A stretch of DNA of 64,000 nucleotides from Nitrososphaeraceae archaeon (GTDB lineage Archaea > Thermoproteota > Nitrososphaeria > Nitrososphaerales > Nitrososphaeraceae), in assembly GCA_044870765.1 (NCBI GenBank), contig JBIOZG010000015.1:1-64000 (forward strand), read 5' to 3'. Numbering within the stretch: the stretch's first letter is position 1; every line of letters starts with the position of its first letter. The notes beneath the pieces were generated by a model. It had not been told where the DNA came from and made no database searches. It saw nothing but the letters and a program-made list of their open reading frames with translations. Below, piece after piece: positions 38,033 to 48,962 of this stretch. Position numbers and translations under genes: made by a program.

Positions 38033-40504
38033 TTGTTTTTAGGTAGCACAATTGAGAAAATTCATAAATCTCTTACCTTTACCACAAAACAATTGACAGT
38101 AATATCTAAAATTCTACTTCTTTTACTTCTGATTTTGGTAGTGACCGTTTCATCACTTACTAATATGCATGCGCTAGAATCAAGCGAAAAGGGTGCATAT
38201 ACCGACAACATACGATTCATTCAATATCTGGACGGAAATACAGCTCTGCGTGATATTAAAGCAGGAAATCTTGACACATACTTGTTTAGAATACCACTTG
38301 AAACAGTAGCGTCTATTTCAAATGATACTAATGTAAAGATATATGAAAAAAATGCCGGTTCATTCTCCTTCCTTTTAAATCCTGCACCAGCAAAGAATCC
38401 AAACATTTTAAATCCCTTCCAATTCAAAGAAATTCGCTTCGCAGTAAATTACTTGATAAATCGTGAATTTATCGTAGATGAAATCCTAAATGGCTATGGA
38501 AGCGTCCAGATAGACCCATTTGGAATTTCCTCACCCGAATACGAAGCTCTTATTCCAGTTCTAGAGTCTTACAACTTCAAATATAATCCAAATCTTGCAA
38601 AAGACATAATAGAGAAAACATTGATTTCAAATGGTGCAACAAAGCTAGACGGTAAATGGACGTACAAAGGATCACCCCTCTCAATTAAAATTATGATAAG
38701 AAGTGATGATCTACCAAGAAAATCTATGGGTGAAATTCTTGCAAATCAACTTGAAAATATTGGCTTTACCGTAGAAAGATACTTCGGTGATCTAAATAAG
38801 GCAAATGTCATAGTTTACGGCACAGACCCACAGGACTTAAGTTGGCAAGTTTATACGGAAGGTTTCGGAGGAACATCTCAATTTGTTAGATACAATCCTT
38901 CCACGGCAGCTCAAATGTACTCACCATATTTTGGTAGAATGCCTGGATGGGCAAATCCAACCTATTGGAACTATCAAAATTCATCTCTTAATAACCTAAC
39001 ACAAAGTATAGCGTTTTCCAATTTTACCTCTGAAGAGGAACGAAATGAATTATTACGGCAGGCGTTAAGATTAGGAATACAGGAATCTGTAAGAATTTTT
39101 GTAACTCAAAATATTGATCCATATGCGGCATCCTCATCAATTAATGGATTAATAAATGATTTTGGTGCAGGTATTTCTACCAGTAAGTCTCTCATTAACG
39201 CGAGGTCAGCAAAAAATGCAAGTACCATAAATGTTGGCGTCAAGGAAATTTATCAAGGGGCATGGAATAGCGTTGGGGGATGTAATGATATCTACTGTAC
39301 AAATATTTTTTCATTAGTCTCTGATGCCCCTACATCTAGAAATCCATATACTGGTGAAGTGATTCCTTTGAGAAACGAGTGGACAAATGTTACAACTATG
39401 GGACCAGAAAAGAGACTCGCCGTAGATAATGATGCTCTAACATGGAATCCATATAACCAAAGATGGGACGAGGTTGGAAAGAATACATCCAAAAGTAAGG
39501 TTAACCTTCATATGGTATATTCAAACTGGCAAAACGGTCAGCCTATGAACAAGGCTGATCTAATTTATCCACTTTACTTTCAATATGAGTGGTCGTCCAA
39601 GATTAATTCAAATGATCTTACATATGACCCGGAGTTCGCCGCACAGGCCGAAGTCGCACTAAAATATCTTCGCGGCACTAAGTTTCTAAATGACAGTAAT
39701 GTTATATCATTCGTTGACTATTGGCATTTTGATAAGAAGGAAATTGCTGATTTTGCTTCGGTTTGGGCAACATCTCCCTGGGAAGTAAATGCTGCAATAG
39801 AGAGATTGGTAAAAAACGGAAACTTTGCATACTCACGATCAGAAGCAACTGTCAAGAACATTGAATGGTTATCTTTGATAATACCCAGTCATGCACAGGC
39901 AATAAGGCAAGAATTAGAAAAAATGAAAACAGAACGGTTCGTACCTGCCCCATTAAAGGGTATAGTTACTGTTGATGAGGCTTTAAAGAGATATGATGCA
40001 AGTATAAAATGGATAACAGAACATAACCACGCAATAATTGGTAATGGACCCTATGAAATTAAGAACTATAATCCAACTGGGAGAGTAATATCCCTAACGG
40101 CATTTAGAGATAGTTCTTATCCATTTGCAAAAGGATACTGGTCTAACTATGAAACTGTAAAACTAACGAAATTTGAAAAGGTTCAATATCCAAAAATAGT
40201 TACAAGGGGTTTACCAGTATCTATTTCAGGTAATGTCACTATTGGTGGTGACCATGACAGTAACGCAACATTAACATATTTTATTTTTGATAAGAATAAT
40301 CATCTCATAACTCAAGGAGAAGGTAGATGGATAGATGATAAAGGGAATTTTATGATTGTGATTAATGGTAACTCTACTAAAGCAATGTCTATTGGACCAA
40401 ATGAATTTGAATTATTCGTCAAGAGCAATTATGCTCTAAGACCTGATATCTATAGTGGTATTCTTATAACTGCGCCAAACCCGATAATCAAAAAACTAGC
40501 CTAA
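38033..40504 (+). CDS. ABC peptide/nickel transporter substrate-binding protein (family 5)
   Basis: N-terminal signal/TM, NPF..KEIRFAVNYLINRE and IGNGPY; followed by two permeases. Confidence 0.88.
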   Translation: MFLGSTIEKIHKSLTFTTKQLTVISKILLLLLLILVVTVSSLTNMHALESSEKGAYTDNIRFIQYLDGNTALRDIKAGNLDTYLFRIPLETVASISNDTNVKIYEKNAGSFSFLLNPAPAKNPNILNPFQFKEIRFAVNYLINREFIVDEILNGYGSVQIDPFGISSPEYEALIPVLESYNFKYNPNLAKDIIEKTLISNGATKLDGKWTYKGSPLSIKIMIRSDDLPRKSMGEILANQLENIGFTVERYFGDLNKANVIVYGTDPQDLSWQVYTEGFGGTSQFVRYNPSTAAQMYSPYFGRMPGWANPTYWNYQNSSLNNLTQSIAFSNFTSEEERNELLRQALRLGIQESVRIFVTQNIDPYAASSSINGLINDFGAGISTSKSLINARSAKNASTINVGVKEIYQGAWNSVGGCNDIYCTNIFSLVSDAPTSRNPYTGEVIPLRNEWTNVTTMGPEKRLAVDNDALTWNPYNQRWDEVGKNTSKSKVNLHMVYSNWQNGQPMNKADLIYPLYFQYEWSSKINSNDLTYDPEFAAQAEVALKYLRGTKFLNDSNVISFVDYWHFDKKEIADFASVWATSPWEVNAAIERLVKNGNFAYSRSEATVKNIEWLSLIIPSHAQAIRQELEKMKTERFVPAPLKGIVTVDEALKRYDASIKWITEHNHAIIGNGPYEIKNYNPTGRVISLTAFRDSSYPFAKGYWSNYETVKLTKFEKVQYPKIVTRGLPVSISGNVTIGGDHDSNATLTYFIFDKNNHLITQGEGRWIDDKGNFMIVINGNSTKAMSIGPNEFELFVKSNYALRPDIYSGILITAPNPIIKKLA

Positions 40505-40627
40505 TAAACCAAACAGAATTTGTTTGCAATTGGAAAAAGTAGATCTGCCAGTAGTGTTTACAAGATAAAATGATTGAAGATGATCCATTTATTAAGATAT
40601 ATTGATAACCTAATAAAGTAAAAGCAA

Positions 40628-41671
40628 TTGGGTCTAGGAAGAACCTTACTATTTCGTTCATTTAATATGTTTTTGGTATTGTTCGCAGTTCTCTTTATAA
40701 CTGTAATTCTAGTAGATTCAACTTTCGATAAACAACAGAAGGAGGCTATACGAAATCAAGTGATCGAAGAAGTAAGTCAAGGAACACTTAAATTTGAAAA
40801 TTCAGATGAAAGATCATCTTACATAAATAATCAAATCCAGTTTAGAGAGAAAGCCACTGGATTGGATCAAGATTCATTGAATCCCTCAATATTGATTTCC
40901 AGGGTTATTAGTGTAATGACCTTTGATTTAGGAAAATCTCATTTTTTCACAACAGATTATGGGTCATCTAATGTAAAGGATATTATATTCGAAAAAGTTC
41001 CAAAAACTCTCTTGTTGTTTACTACAGCAACTATATGCGCTTTTGTTATTGGTATCTTTCTTGGTACATATGTCGCTGGTAAAGAAGGATCCTGGTGGGA
41101 TAAATTCAATTCAATTTCTGCAATATTTAGTAACAGCTTTCCATCATGGTGGATAGCAATGTTAATGATCTTAATCTTTGCCTTCGCATTACATATATTC
41201 CCAGCTCGGGCAACACCTCTTTCTTCGCCTTCTGATCCTACTTATATTCTTGATTTGCTATATCATATGGCCCTGCCACTAATTACATTGATTATTGTTT
41301 CATTTGGTGGGGTGGCGTATATTGTGAGATATTTCTTGATAAATATCTTGAATGAAGATTTTATTCATGCAAAAAGAACAATGGGAATATCCAGACGAAA
41401 AATTTTATATTCACACGCGCTTAGAAATGCTGGACCACCAATAGCTACTGCTGTAGGATTAGCTTTGGCGTCTTCTTTTGGAGGTGCAATTATACTAGAG
41501 GCCGTTTTTGATTGGCCGGGCATGGGAAAACTCTATTATGATGCAATAGGACAGTTTGACGTTCCAATTATAATTGGCCTCACTTTTATCTCCACAGTAA
41601 TTTTTTTAGTAACAATATTCATTACCGACATTTCTTATACTCTGTTGGACCCTAGGGTGAAAGGTAACTAA
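40628..41671 (+). CDS. ABC peptide transporter permease (DppB/OppB type)
   Basis: DLGKS, HALRNA, ILEAVFDWPGMG and LLDPRVK. Confidence 0.92.
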   Translation: MGLGRTLLFRSFNMFLVLFAVLFITVILVDSTFDKQQKEAIRNQVIEEVSQGTLKFENSDERSSYINNQIQFREKATGLDQDSLNPSILISRVISVMTFDLGKSHFFTTDYGSSNVKDIIFEKVPKTLLLFTTATICAFVIGIFLGTYVAGKEGSWWDKFNSISAIFSNSFPSWWIAMLMILIFAFALHIFPARATPLSSPSDPTYILDLLYHMALPLITLIIVSFGGVAYIVRYFLINILNEDFIHAKRTMGISRRKILYSHALRNAGPPIATAVGLALASSFGGAIILEAVFDWPGMGKLYYDAIGQFDVPIIIGLTFISTVIFLVTIFITDISYTLLDPRVKGN

Positions 41672-41675
41672 TTTA

Positions 41676-43052
41676 TTGCAAAAAGAATTACTGGTGGGTC
41701 TATTAAGATCTCGTCGGGGAATTATTGGAATATCAATTATTGGTTTTCTATTGTTATTGAGTGCAGTAGCACCATTAACCATACCAATTGAATCCTATTT
41801 TATGTGGAATAATCCAGATTATTGGATTAATAATCCAAAAACAGCCGCGCCTTCTTGGACTAATTTTTTTGGACCCAAAGAATTTGAGCATGTATCGTTA
41901 GATAAGAGCGATGCAAAAGTTATTTCAGAATCATTAGAAGGGATTAGAGTAGATAACTATAGATTTGAAATCAATATGCAAGCAGATAGCTTTCCTGATG
42001 ACATTATCTTTCTATACTCTGCTAAATACGGTGATATACCTCCGGTTTTGCAAATTGACATTAGCAGACCTGACAACAATACTTTTACTGTTTATTATTC
42101 ATCATTACCTCCAGCAAGTAACATGAACACTACTTTTTCAGACAGGATCTTTTCTACAAACGAAAATATCGAAGAGGCTTTGAATCAATACCAAAGCTAC
42201 TTTAATTATTCAATATCGGGTCTTGAACCGCAAGTGGTAATATTTTCAGATACCGATAAACCAAGTGTCCTTAAAGGAGTATATCAAATATCAGAAAGAT
42301 TTTTTTTATTTGATAATTACAGCAGCGTCGAAGATGCTGGGTTAATTCTTGGAGGTAAAGTATTCGGTATCATAGGAACTGATGACTTGAGAAGAGATCT
42401 TGCTGTCGGCATCATATGGGGGACTCCTATAGCATTATTCATAGGATTAACTGTTTCATTATTTTCAGTAGCTATAGGACTGGTTTATGGTGTAGTAGCT
42501 GGATATAGAGGAAAGAGAACTGATGAAACAATGATGCGAGTCAATGATATATTTTACGCGTTGCCAACCTTGCCGCTCCTTATTCTTCTTTCGATTATTT
42601 ATGGGAGTAACATCCTTCTAATAATTGGATTTTTACTAATTTTCAGCTGGATGGGAACTGCAAAAATAACTAGAAGCATTGCATTACAGATGCGCAATTT
42701 TCAGTATGTTGAAGCAGCTAAACTAATGGGACAGTCCGATTTAAAGGTAATATTCAAACACATAATTCCACAGTTACTTCCACTGACATTTGCAAGTGTA
42801 GCAATAGCTGTTCCTGCAGCTATTCTTACCGAAGCTGCATTGAGCTTTCTCGGTTTGGGAGATCCATCATTACCTACTTGGGGACAACTACTTCATGAAG
42901 CAAATACCGCAGATGCTGCATCACGAGGTATATGGTGGTGGATTGTGCCTCCTGGACTTATGATTGCATTAACCGCCCTGGCATTTTTCTTGATTGGAAA
43001 TACACTCGACTCTATTGCAAATCCATTAAGAAACAAGAATAAGAAAGCATAG
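41676..43052 (+). CDS. ABC peptide transporter permease (DppC/OppC type)
   Basis: GTDDLRRD, YVEAAKLMG, HIIPQ, EAALSFLGLG and WWWIVPPG. Confidence 0.92.
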   Translation: MQKELLVGLLRSRRGIIGISIIGFLLLLSAVAPLTIPIESYFMWNNPDYWINNPKTAAPSWTNFFGPKEFEHVSLDKSDAKVISESLEGIRVDNYRFEINMQADSFPDDIIFLYSAKYGDIPPVLQIDISRPDNNTFTVYYSSLPPASNMNTTFSDRIFSTNENIEEALNQYQSYFNYSISGLEPQVVIFSDTDKPSVLKGVYQISERFFLFDNYSSVEDAGLILGGKVFGIIGTDDLRRDLAVGIIWGTPIALFIGLTVSLFSVAIGLVYGVVAGYRGKRTDETMMRVNDIFYALPTLPLLILLSIIYGSNILLIIGFLLIFSWMGTAKITRSIALQMRNFQYVEAAKLMGQSDLKVIFKHIIPQLLPLTFASVAIAVPAAILTEAALSFLGLGDPSLPTWGQLLHEANTADAASRGIWWWIVPPGLMIALTALAFFLIGNTLDSIANPLRNKNKKA

Positions 43053-43136
43053 CGATATTATCGGGATGCGACTCATGAATAGTTCTGAGTTTGAAGAACA
43101 TAATAATTTCTTTTTGATGATCTTGTTTCAAAATAT

Positions 43137-44078
43137 TTAAACATTCTTGATTGCTTCCACAAAATCCACGAAATAAAAAAGATAAGACCTCTCATTCATC
43201 TTAAGTATCCATGGGGTATACGATTCTCTATTTTTTATTTTATATCCAAATGTTTTTAATTTCTTCCTTATTTGGACGGAATCAAATTCCTCTTTACCAT
43301 TATTGTCAACAAAGTGATAAGGATCTGCTAGGATCAATTTTCCGTACTTTTTGATGCAACTATTTATGGATAAAATTAGCTTTTTGAAATCCATTCTATC
43401 AATAACATTTAGTGCAACTACGATTTGAAAGAATTTAGATCTAAAAGGAAGATTTGTAGCATCTGCTACAATAAATTCCATGTTTCTACTTTTTCTATTT
43501 TGCATTCTTTTTCTAGCTTCCAGTATGAACGAAAATGAAAGATCTATTCCAAATACATATGATATCTTTTTTGACAATTCAAAGGTACTTGAACCAATCG
43601 AACAACCAATGTCCAATCCAATTCCATTTAAATTTAAGGTATTGCTTGTCAACATCTTGTAGATGTGATCAGGCTTTATTTCTTTCTTCAATAGCGACAA
43701 TAATTTATCATCTGAAGGGTAACCATAATGAGCTTCCAAATAAGATTTGTACAAAATACTGTTCTCCTCATAGCGATCATTGTATGTAGGATTGCCAATC
43801 TTTACACCTTCTGATCTGAGAAAAGCTTTAATTTCAGGCGATTTGCAATTTACTATCCATTTACCAAAGCTAAGAATTCTTTGACGAGCATACTCGTGAA
43901 AATTTTCCATTAATATCGGAACTCCTTGAATTATGGGATATTTTGAGGTACAATTTTCACAAGAAAGAAATCCTTCTATGCACTCATCTTTTAATTCCAG
44001 AAATGTTTCCAGACTTAATCTTACCTTTTTGCATGATTTATTTACACAGTATAAGTCCGCAACAATTTTTTCTATCAT
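43137..44078 (-). CDS. class I SAM methyltransferase with N-terminal Trm112-like Zn-ribbon
   Basis: N-terminal C..C...CENC..YPIIQGVPIL; LDIGCSIG, GIDLS and ADATNLPF. Confidence 0.85.
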   Translation of the reverse strand: MIEKIVADLYCVNKSCKKVRLSLETFLELKDECIEGFLSCENCTSKYPIIQGVPILMENFHEYARQRILSFGKWIVNCKSPEIKAFLRSEGVKIGNPTYNDRYEENSILYKSYLEAHYGYPSDDKLLSLLKKEIKPDHIYKMLTSNTLNLNGIGLDIGCSIGSSTFELSKKISYVFGIDLSFSFILEARKRMQNRKSRNMEFIVADATNLPFRSKFFQIVVALNVIDRMDFKKLILSINSCIKKYGKLILADPYHFVDNNGKEEFDSVQIRKKLKTFGYKIKNRESYTPWILKMNERSYLFYFVDFVEAIKNV

Positions 44079-44198
44079 AAAAATAACTCTAAATCTATAT
44101 AGAAATAAGAATAATAGTAATCATTCCAAAATTAAATTAGAATCAATGATTGAAGAGTCTGTTCTAAATATTAGTATCTGAAAAAATATCATTTTTGT

Positions 44199-45083
44199 TC
44201 AATTGTCATACATTTTCGTTATGATTGAATACATTTTTTCATATGATGAATTAATATTTTTCTTGTTGCTATAATTTTTCCTTATTCTATTAATTCTTTT
44301 TTCAAGATTACCTTTATCTTTGGTAATCAAGTTTAATAATTCTGTAGATTCTTCATTATATTTTTTCAAATAAGTTGGTAGTTCCTTGTTATCTGCAAGT
44401 AGTGAAGCTATCAGTGATGAATTGTCGGTTAATATACTTTCAAAGAGGAGTGTTTGAAGATAAAAAGTAGTTCCCGAGGATTTCTTTAGTAATGGAATAT
44501 TTTCATTGCATAATGTCGTTGCCAATAACAAATTTATGTAATATACCATTCCGAGAATTATTGCCATTAATCTGTCATGATATTTTGAGTCTTTGATAAC
44601 AATCACTTTTGATTCATTAAACATTGATTTTACTAATTTTTGCTCTCTTATTTCATTTCTAATCGGTATCATCAATATTTTTGTATCACGAATGTTCTTT
44701 GCTCCAGGACCAAACATGGGATGAATTGAAAGAGCTGTCAACGAATCTGGAATTTGCAACAAAGATTTAAAGATATCTGTTTTGACTGAAGTTATCTCTA
44801 CTATACAAGCTCCTATTTTCATTATTCTGGTGCATTTGTTTATGACCGAAACTGTTGTCTTAATTGGTACGCAAATAATTACAATATCCGCATTTCTAAC
44901 ACATTGATCCAGTGTTTTGCATGCAGTTATTCTATGACCTTTAACCTTTAAATCTAAATTTATATCTAAAGAGAACTTTCGCTTATCATAGAGTGATACA
45001 TTGTAGTTATTCTTTCTTGAAAAATAGTTGCAGAACCATAGGCCCATTTTGCCTGCACCTATTATTGCTACAGATCTATCCAT
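44199..45083 (-). CDS. tyrA: prephenate/arogenate dehydrogenase
   Basis: GAGKMG, EITSVK, HPMFGP and HDRLMA. Confidence 0.9.
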   Translation of the reverse strand: MDRSVAIIGAGKMGLWFCNYFSRKNNYNVSLYDKRKFSLDINLDLKVKGHRITACKTLDQCVRNADIVIICVPIKTTVSVINKCTRIMKIGACIVEITSVKTDIFKSLLQIPDSLTALSIHPMFGPGAKNIRDTKILMIPIRNEIREQKLVKSMFNESKVIVIKDSKYHDRLMAIILGMVYYINLLLATTLCNENIPLLKKSSGTTFYLQTLLFESILTDNSSLIASLLADNKELPTYLKKYNEESTELLNLITKDKGNLEKRINRIRKNYSNKKNINSSYEKMYSIITKMYDN

Positions 45084-46467
45084 TATATCGCAAATCCGTA
45101 ATTTTTCTTATTATTTTTAGTCCATCATTTAGAGATTTAATTGGTTGACATGCTGAGATTCTAATGAAATCAGAATATGCTTCGCCAAAACCAGCCCCAG
45201 GAGCTACAGCAACCCCCTCATTCAGTAGTTCGAAAATTGTCTTATTGACATCAACATTTTTGTTAAACCTGACAAAATAGTACATGCCCCCATCTGGATT
45301 GATGTATTCACAAGGAAGATTTTCCAGTTGCTTTCCTATGAAATCTAAACGTTTCTTCATCAGAATCTTATTCTTGGTAACATCAGCATTCAATGCTGCT
45401 ACAGCGGCATATTGCATAGGTTCTGCTACACTTGTTATTGCTATGGCTTGAATTTTGGAAATTTTATCTATTGTGCCCTTATCGCTTATGGCATATCCGA
45501 CCCTAAATCCCGTCATAGCATGACTTTTTGAGAATGAAGATACCATTATGCTTTTGTTATATTCAAAATCTAAGATACTCTTATAGGGAACATAGGAGTA
45601 CATGGAGTACACCTCATCGCTGAGAACATATATGTCATTTTTGCCAGCTAATGCAAGTACAGTATCTATCTGTTGTTGACGAACTATTTTGCCTGTTGGA
45701 TTATTGGGAGAGTTTAAAACTATCATCTTGGTATTTGGAGTTATCATCTGTTCTAATTGATCCAAATCTAAATCCCAATTTTGATGCACCTTTGTCTTGA
45801 CTGCTTTGACTTTTACGCCAATAAAATTTGCACAATCTCTATAAGCAGGCCACGCAGGTTCAGAAATAATTACTTCATCGCCGACTGAAAGTGTAGATAC
45901 CATTGCACTAAAAACTGCAAACCTAGCTCCAGGAGTAACTATTACGTTCTCTTCCTTTACTGATCTTTTCTTTGCTATTGACTTTCTTAGTATTGGTACT
46001 CCAGTGGTCTGTGTATAGTGAACACGCTTTTTTTCAAAGGTCTTCAATAATTCATTCTTCACACTGACAGGAGGCAAATAATCGGGCTCTCCTACTTCTA
46101 AATGAATTACTTTTTTTCCTTCTGATTCTAGTTGTTTTGCCTTTAAAAACATGACCATATGATCTATCTTTGGCTCCTTGTTTGAGTGTTTTGACTTTTG
46201 AATTCTTATTGATTCCAAAAATAACAAATTTAATAATCTGCCAATAAATTCTGTTTTCAAGCCTACTTGTGTTCCCAAATCGTTTACATACCTTGCTATA
46301 TCCTGTTCAACAGTAATATCCTCTATTTTCATCATTAGATTATTTTTGATATTTCCAATATCACCTGCTATGCTCATTCTTTTTTGTACAAGTTTTATTA
46401 TATCTGCTGTTACTAGTCGCATGTCCTCACGAAGTTTTTCAAGTTGGTGTTCTTTTTTGTAGCTCAT
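45076..46467 (-). CDS. chorismate mutase (AroQ)-class I aminotransferase fusion
   Basis: N-terminal LEKLRE..IIKLVQKR...ESIRIQ; then LEVGEPD, NSPNNPTG, DEVY and SFSKSHAMTGFRVGY. Confidence 0.88.
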   Translation of the reverse strand: MSYKKEHQLEKLREDMRLVTADIIKLVQKRMSIAGDIGNIKNNLMMKIEDITVEQDIARYVNDLGTQVGLKTEFIGRLLNLLFLESIRIQKSKHSNKEPKIDHMVMFLKAKQLESEGKKVIHLEVGEPDYLPPVSVKNELLKTFEKKRVHYTQTTGVPILRKSIAKKRSVKEENVIVTPGARFAVFSAMVSTLSVGDEVIISEPAWPAYRDCANFIGVKVKAVKTKVHQNWDLDLDQLEQMITPNTKMIVLNSPNNPTGKIVRQQQIDTVLALAGKNDIYVLSDEVYSMYSYVPYKSILDFEYNKSIMVSSFSKSHAMTGFRVGYAISDKGTIDKISKIQAIAITSVAEPMQYAAVAALNADVTKNKILMKKRLDFIGKQLENLPCEYINPDGGMYYFVRFNKNVDVNKTIFELLNEGVAVAPGAGFGEAYSDFIRISACQPIKSLNDGLKIIRKITDLRYNG

Positions 46468-47576
46468 TATTTTTGATCACTTAATACGGGTGGTATGAGT
46501 CTCCATCTAAGCGCGTGGTCGGCCAAAACGAGCGAAACTAATGATTCAACCACGGGTATCGCTCGGGGGACAACGCAGGGATCATGTCTTCCAGGAACAA
46601 TAATGTCACATTCTGAATTTGTAATTAAATTCACTGTTTTTTGTTTTTTTGCAATGGATGAAGCCGGTTTAAATCCTATCCTAATTACGAGGGGCATTCC
46701 ATTAGTTAATCCACCCAAAATTCCGCCAGAATTGTTAGTCTTGGTTATTATCCTATTGTCGTCTGATAGGACATATTCATCGTTATTCTCAGAACCTTTT
46801 AGCGTTGCTCCCGAAAATCCTGAACCAAATTCTATGGCCTTTACCGATGGAATGCTGAATATTGCTTTGCTTAGATCTGATTCCATTGAGGAGAAAATAG
46901 GTTCTCCCAAACCAACCGGCAATCCTGTGGATATAGATTCAACAATCCCTCCCAGAGAATCTCCGTTTTTCTTTGCATCAAGAATAATGTCTTTCATTTT
47001 TTGTGCAATTTCAGGAACGGGACACCGAACATCATTTGAGTACCTATTTTGTTTCGCCTGTTCATATTGTGGAGAATTACAACTAATTTTACCTATCTGT
47101 GTGGTATAGGCAATCGTTTCTATTCCCAATGAGTACTTTAGGAGCTTTTGTGCTATCGCTCCACCCATTACCATTGTTGCTGTTAATCTTCCAGAAAATC
47201 TACCACTTCCTCTATAGTCAGCATAACCACCATACTTTATGAATGCCGGATAGTCTGCATGACCTGGACGGGGACTATTTTTTAAAACATCATACGGTCT
47301 TGAGTCCGAATCTTTATTCCATACTATTGCGCAGATAGGAGCCGAAGTGGTATATCCATTAAATATTCCTGATAATATCTCTACTTTGTCTTCTTCTTTT
47401 CTCTGCGTTGTAATTATAGATTGTCCAGGCTTTCGTTTATCTAATTCACTCTGCAGATCTGATTCGGACAGTGGAAGTCCAGAAGGGCAGCCATCAAGTA
47501 CCATCCCAATACATTTTCCATGACTTTCACCGAAACTGGTTAAAGTGAGATGCTCGCCCAAAGTATTACCAGTCAT
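46467..47576 (-). CDS. aroC: chorismate synthase
   Basis: FGESHG, PRPGHAD, NNSGGILGG and GRHDPC. Confidence 0.97.
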   Translation of the reverse strand: MTGNTLGEHLTLTSFGESHGKCIGMVLDGCPSGLPLSESDLQSELDKRKPGQSIITTQRKEEDKVEILSGIFNGYTTSAPICAIVWNKDSDSRPYDVLKNSPRPGHADYPAFIKYGGYADYRGSGRFSGRLTATMVMGGAIAQKLLKYSLGIETIAYTTQIGKISCNSPQYEQAKQNRYSNDVRCPVPEIAQKMKDIILDAKKNGDSLGGIVESISTGLPVGLGEPIFSSMESDLSKAIFSIPSVKAIEFGSGFSGATLKGSENNDEYVLSDDNRIITKTNNSGGILGGLTNGMPLVIRIGFKPASSIAKKQKTVNLITNSECDIIVPGRHDPCVVPRAIPVVESLVSLVLADHALRWRLIPPVLSDQK

Positions 47577-47678
47577 TTTATAGATATTGAATCCACTCGT
47601 GTATCATATATATTGTCTTTATCTTATTTTGTCATATCAGTTAAAAAACTCTTCAGAGATGATGAACTAAGAACAAAA

Positions 47679-48962
47679 CTAACTGAATTTTGCTCCAAGC
47701 GTTTTCATGTCTTGTATATATGAGGGGTAAGAAACATCAACTGATTCCACACCTTCTACAATAGATTTTTCTGTCATCATTGCCGCTATTGTGAAACTCA
47801 TAAATAGCCTGTGATCATTGTGTGAATCCAGTCGAGCGCTCTTGAGTTTTTTCGGTGAGTCTAACCTTATTTCATCAGTCAATACTTGCGTTTTAGCTCC
47901 GAGTTTTCTTAATTCTGATTCAATTATTCTCAATCTATCTGTTTCCTTGTAACGTGTGTGCGAAACTCCATAAATCCTTACAGGATTCCTTGATTTCAAA
48001 GATAAAATGGCTACAACAGGAAGCAAATCCGGTGTATCTGATAGATCAAATTCACCTCCATCAAGATCTTCAGCTCCATAAACCTTCACGGTACCATTTT
48101 TCTTGTCGATCACAATTTTTGAACCTATTTTCTTTAGGATCTCAAGAATTGTTGAATCGCCTTGTGGTAACGAAAAATCAAGGTTACTAATTTTTATATT
48201 GTTCCCAACGAGTGTGCCTGCGGCTAGCAACAATGCAGCTGTAGAAAAATCTCCAGGAATAGTAAATGTAGTAGCTATATATCTATTGTTAAAGATGTGA
48301 TAGTTTTTATAATCTTTGGAATATTTTATTTTCCCCCCAAATTTAGACATAACATTAATTGTTGATTCTATATATGATTTTGATACCTGTTTTCCAGTTA
48401 CTCTCAAGGATATTTCTGATTTAGCACAAACTCCGGAAATAAGAATTGCTGAAATAAATTGGCTTGATATAGACCCATCAATAGTAACATCTTTTCCTTT
48501 AACTCCACCACCTTGTACAATTATAGGAGCTCTATCATTTTTTCTAGCAGAGAAGCAATTAATGCCAAGCTGCCTAAGAGACTGCAATAATGGTTGCATG
48601 GGTCGCTTTCTAATACTCTCATCTCCTGTGATTACAACATATCCGTCGTCGAGCAAAGTCGAGATCGTCGTAACAAAACGCATAGTTGTTCCAGAATTCT
48701 CTACATTGATAACATTATTGGGAATTTTTAAAGTATTTTTTCCAGAAATAATTAGTTCATGATCGGCTATACCTATTTTTACTCCAAATGCTCGACATGC
48801 TTCGATTGTTGCAACCGTGTCCCTTGAAATAAGAGGATTAATTATGTGAGACCTTCCATCAGCTAAAGAAGAAATGAATACTGCTCTGTGAGTATAGCTC
48901 TTACTAGGAGGGCACCTAACGGAACCATTAATTACAGATTTGGAAACAATTATGCTAACCAA
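47679..48962 (-). CDS. aroA: EPSP synthase
   Basis: PPSKSYTHR, NSGTTMR, SSQFIS, KETDR and DHRL. Confidence 0.97.
   Translation of the reverse strand: MVSIIVSKSVINGSVRCPPSKSYTHRAVFISSLADGRSHIINPLISRDTVATIEACRAFGVKIGIADHELIISGKNTLKIPNNVINVENSGTTMRFVTTISTLLDDGYVVITGDESIRKRPMQPLLQSLRQLGINCFSARKNDRAPIIVQGGGVKGKDVTIDGSISSQFISAILISGVCAKSEISLRVTGKQVSKSYIESTINVMSKFGGKIKYSKDYKNYHIFNNRYIATTFTIPGDFSTAALLLAAGTLVGNNIKISNLDFSLPQGDSTILEILKKIGSKIVIDKKNGTVKVYGAEDLDGGEFDLSDTPDLLPVVAILSLKSRNPVRIYGVSHTRYKETDRLRIIESELRKLGAKTQVLTDEIRLDSPKKLKSARLDSHNDHRLFMSFTIAAMMTEKSIVEGVESVDVSYPSYIQDMKTLGAKFS

Noticed and set aside
46495-47109. 204-aa plus-strand ORF, and similar antisense ORFs such as 24705..25229, 33041..33535 and 48316..48762
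   Set aside because: Each lies largely or wholly antisense to a well-supported gene and has shadow-like Ser/Pro/Ile composition.
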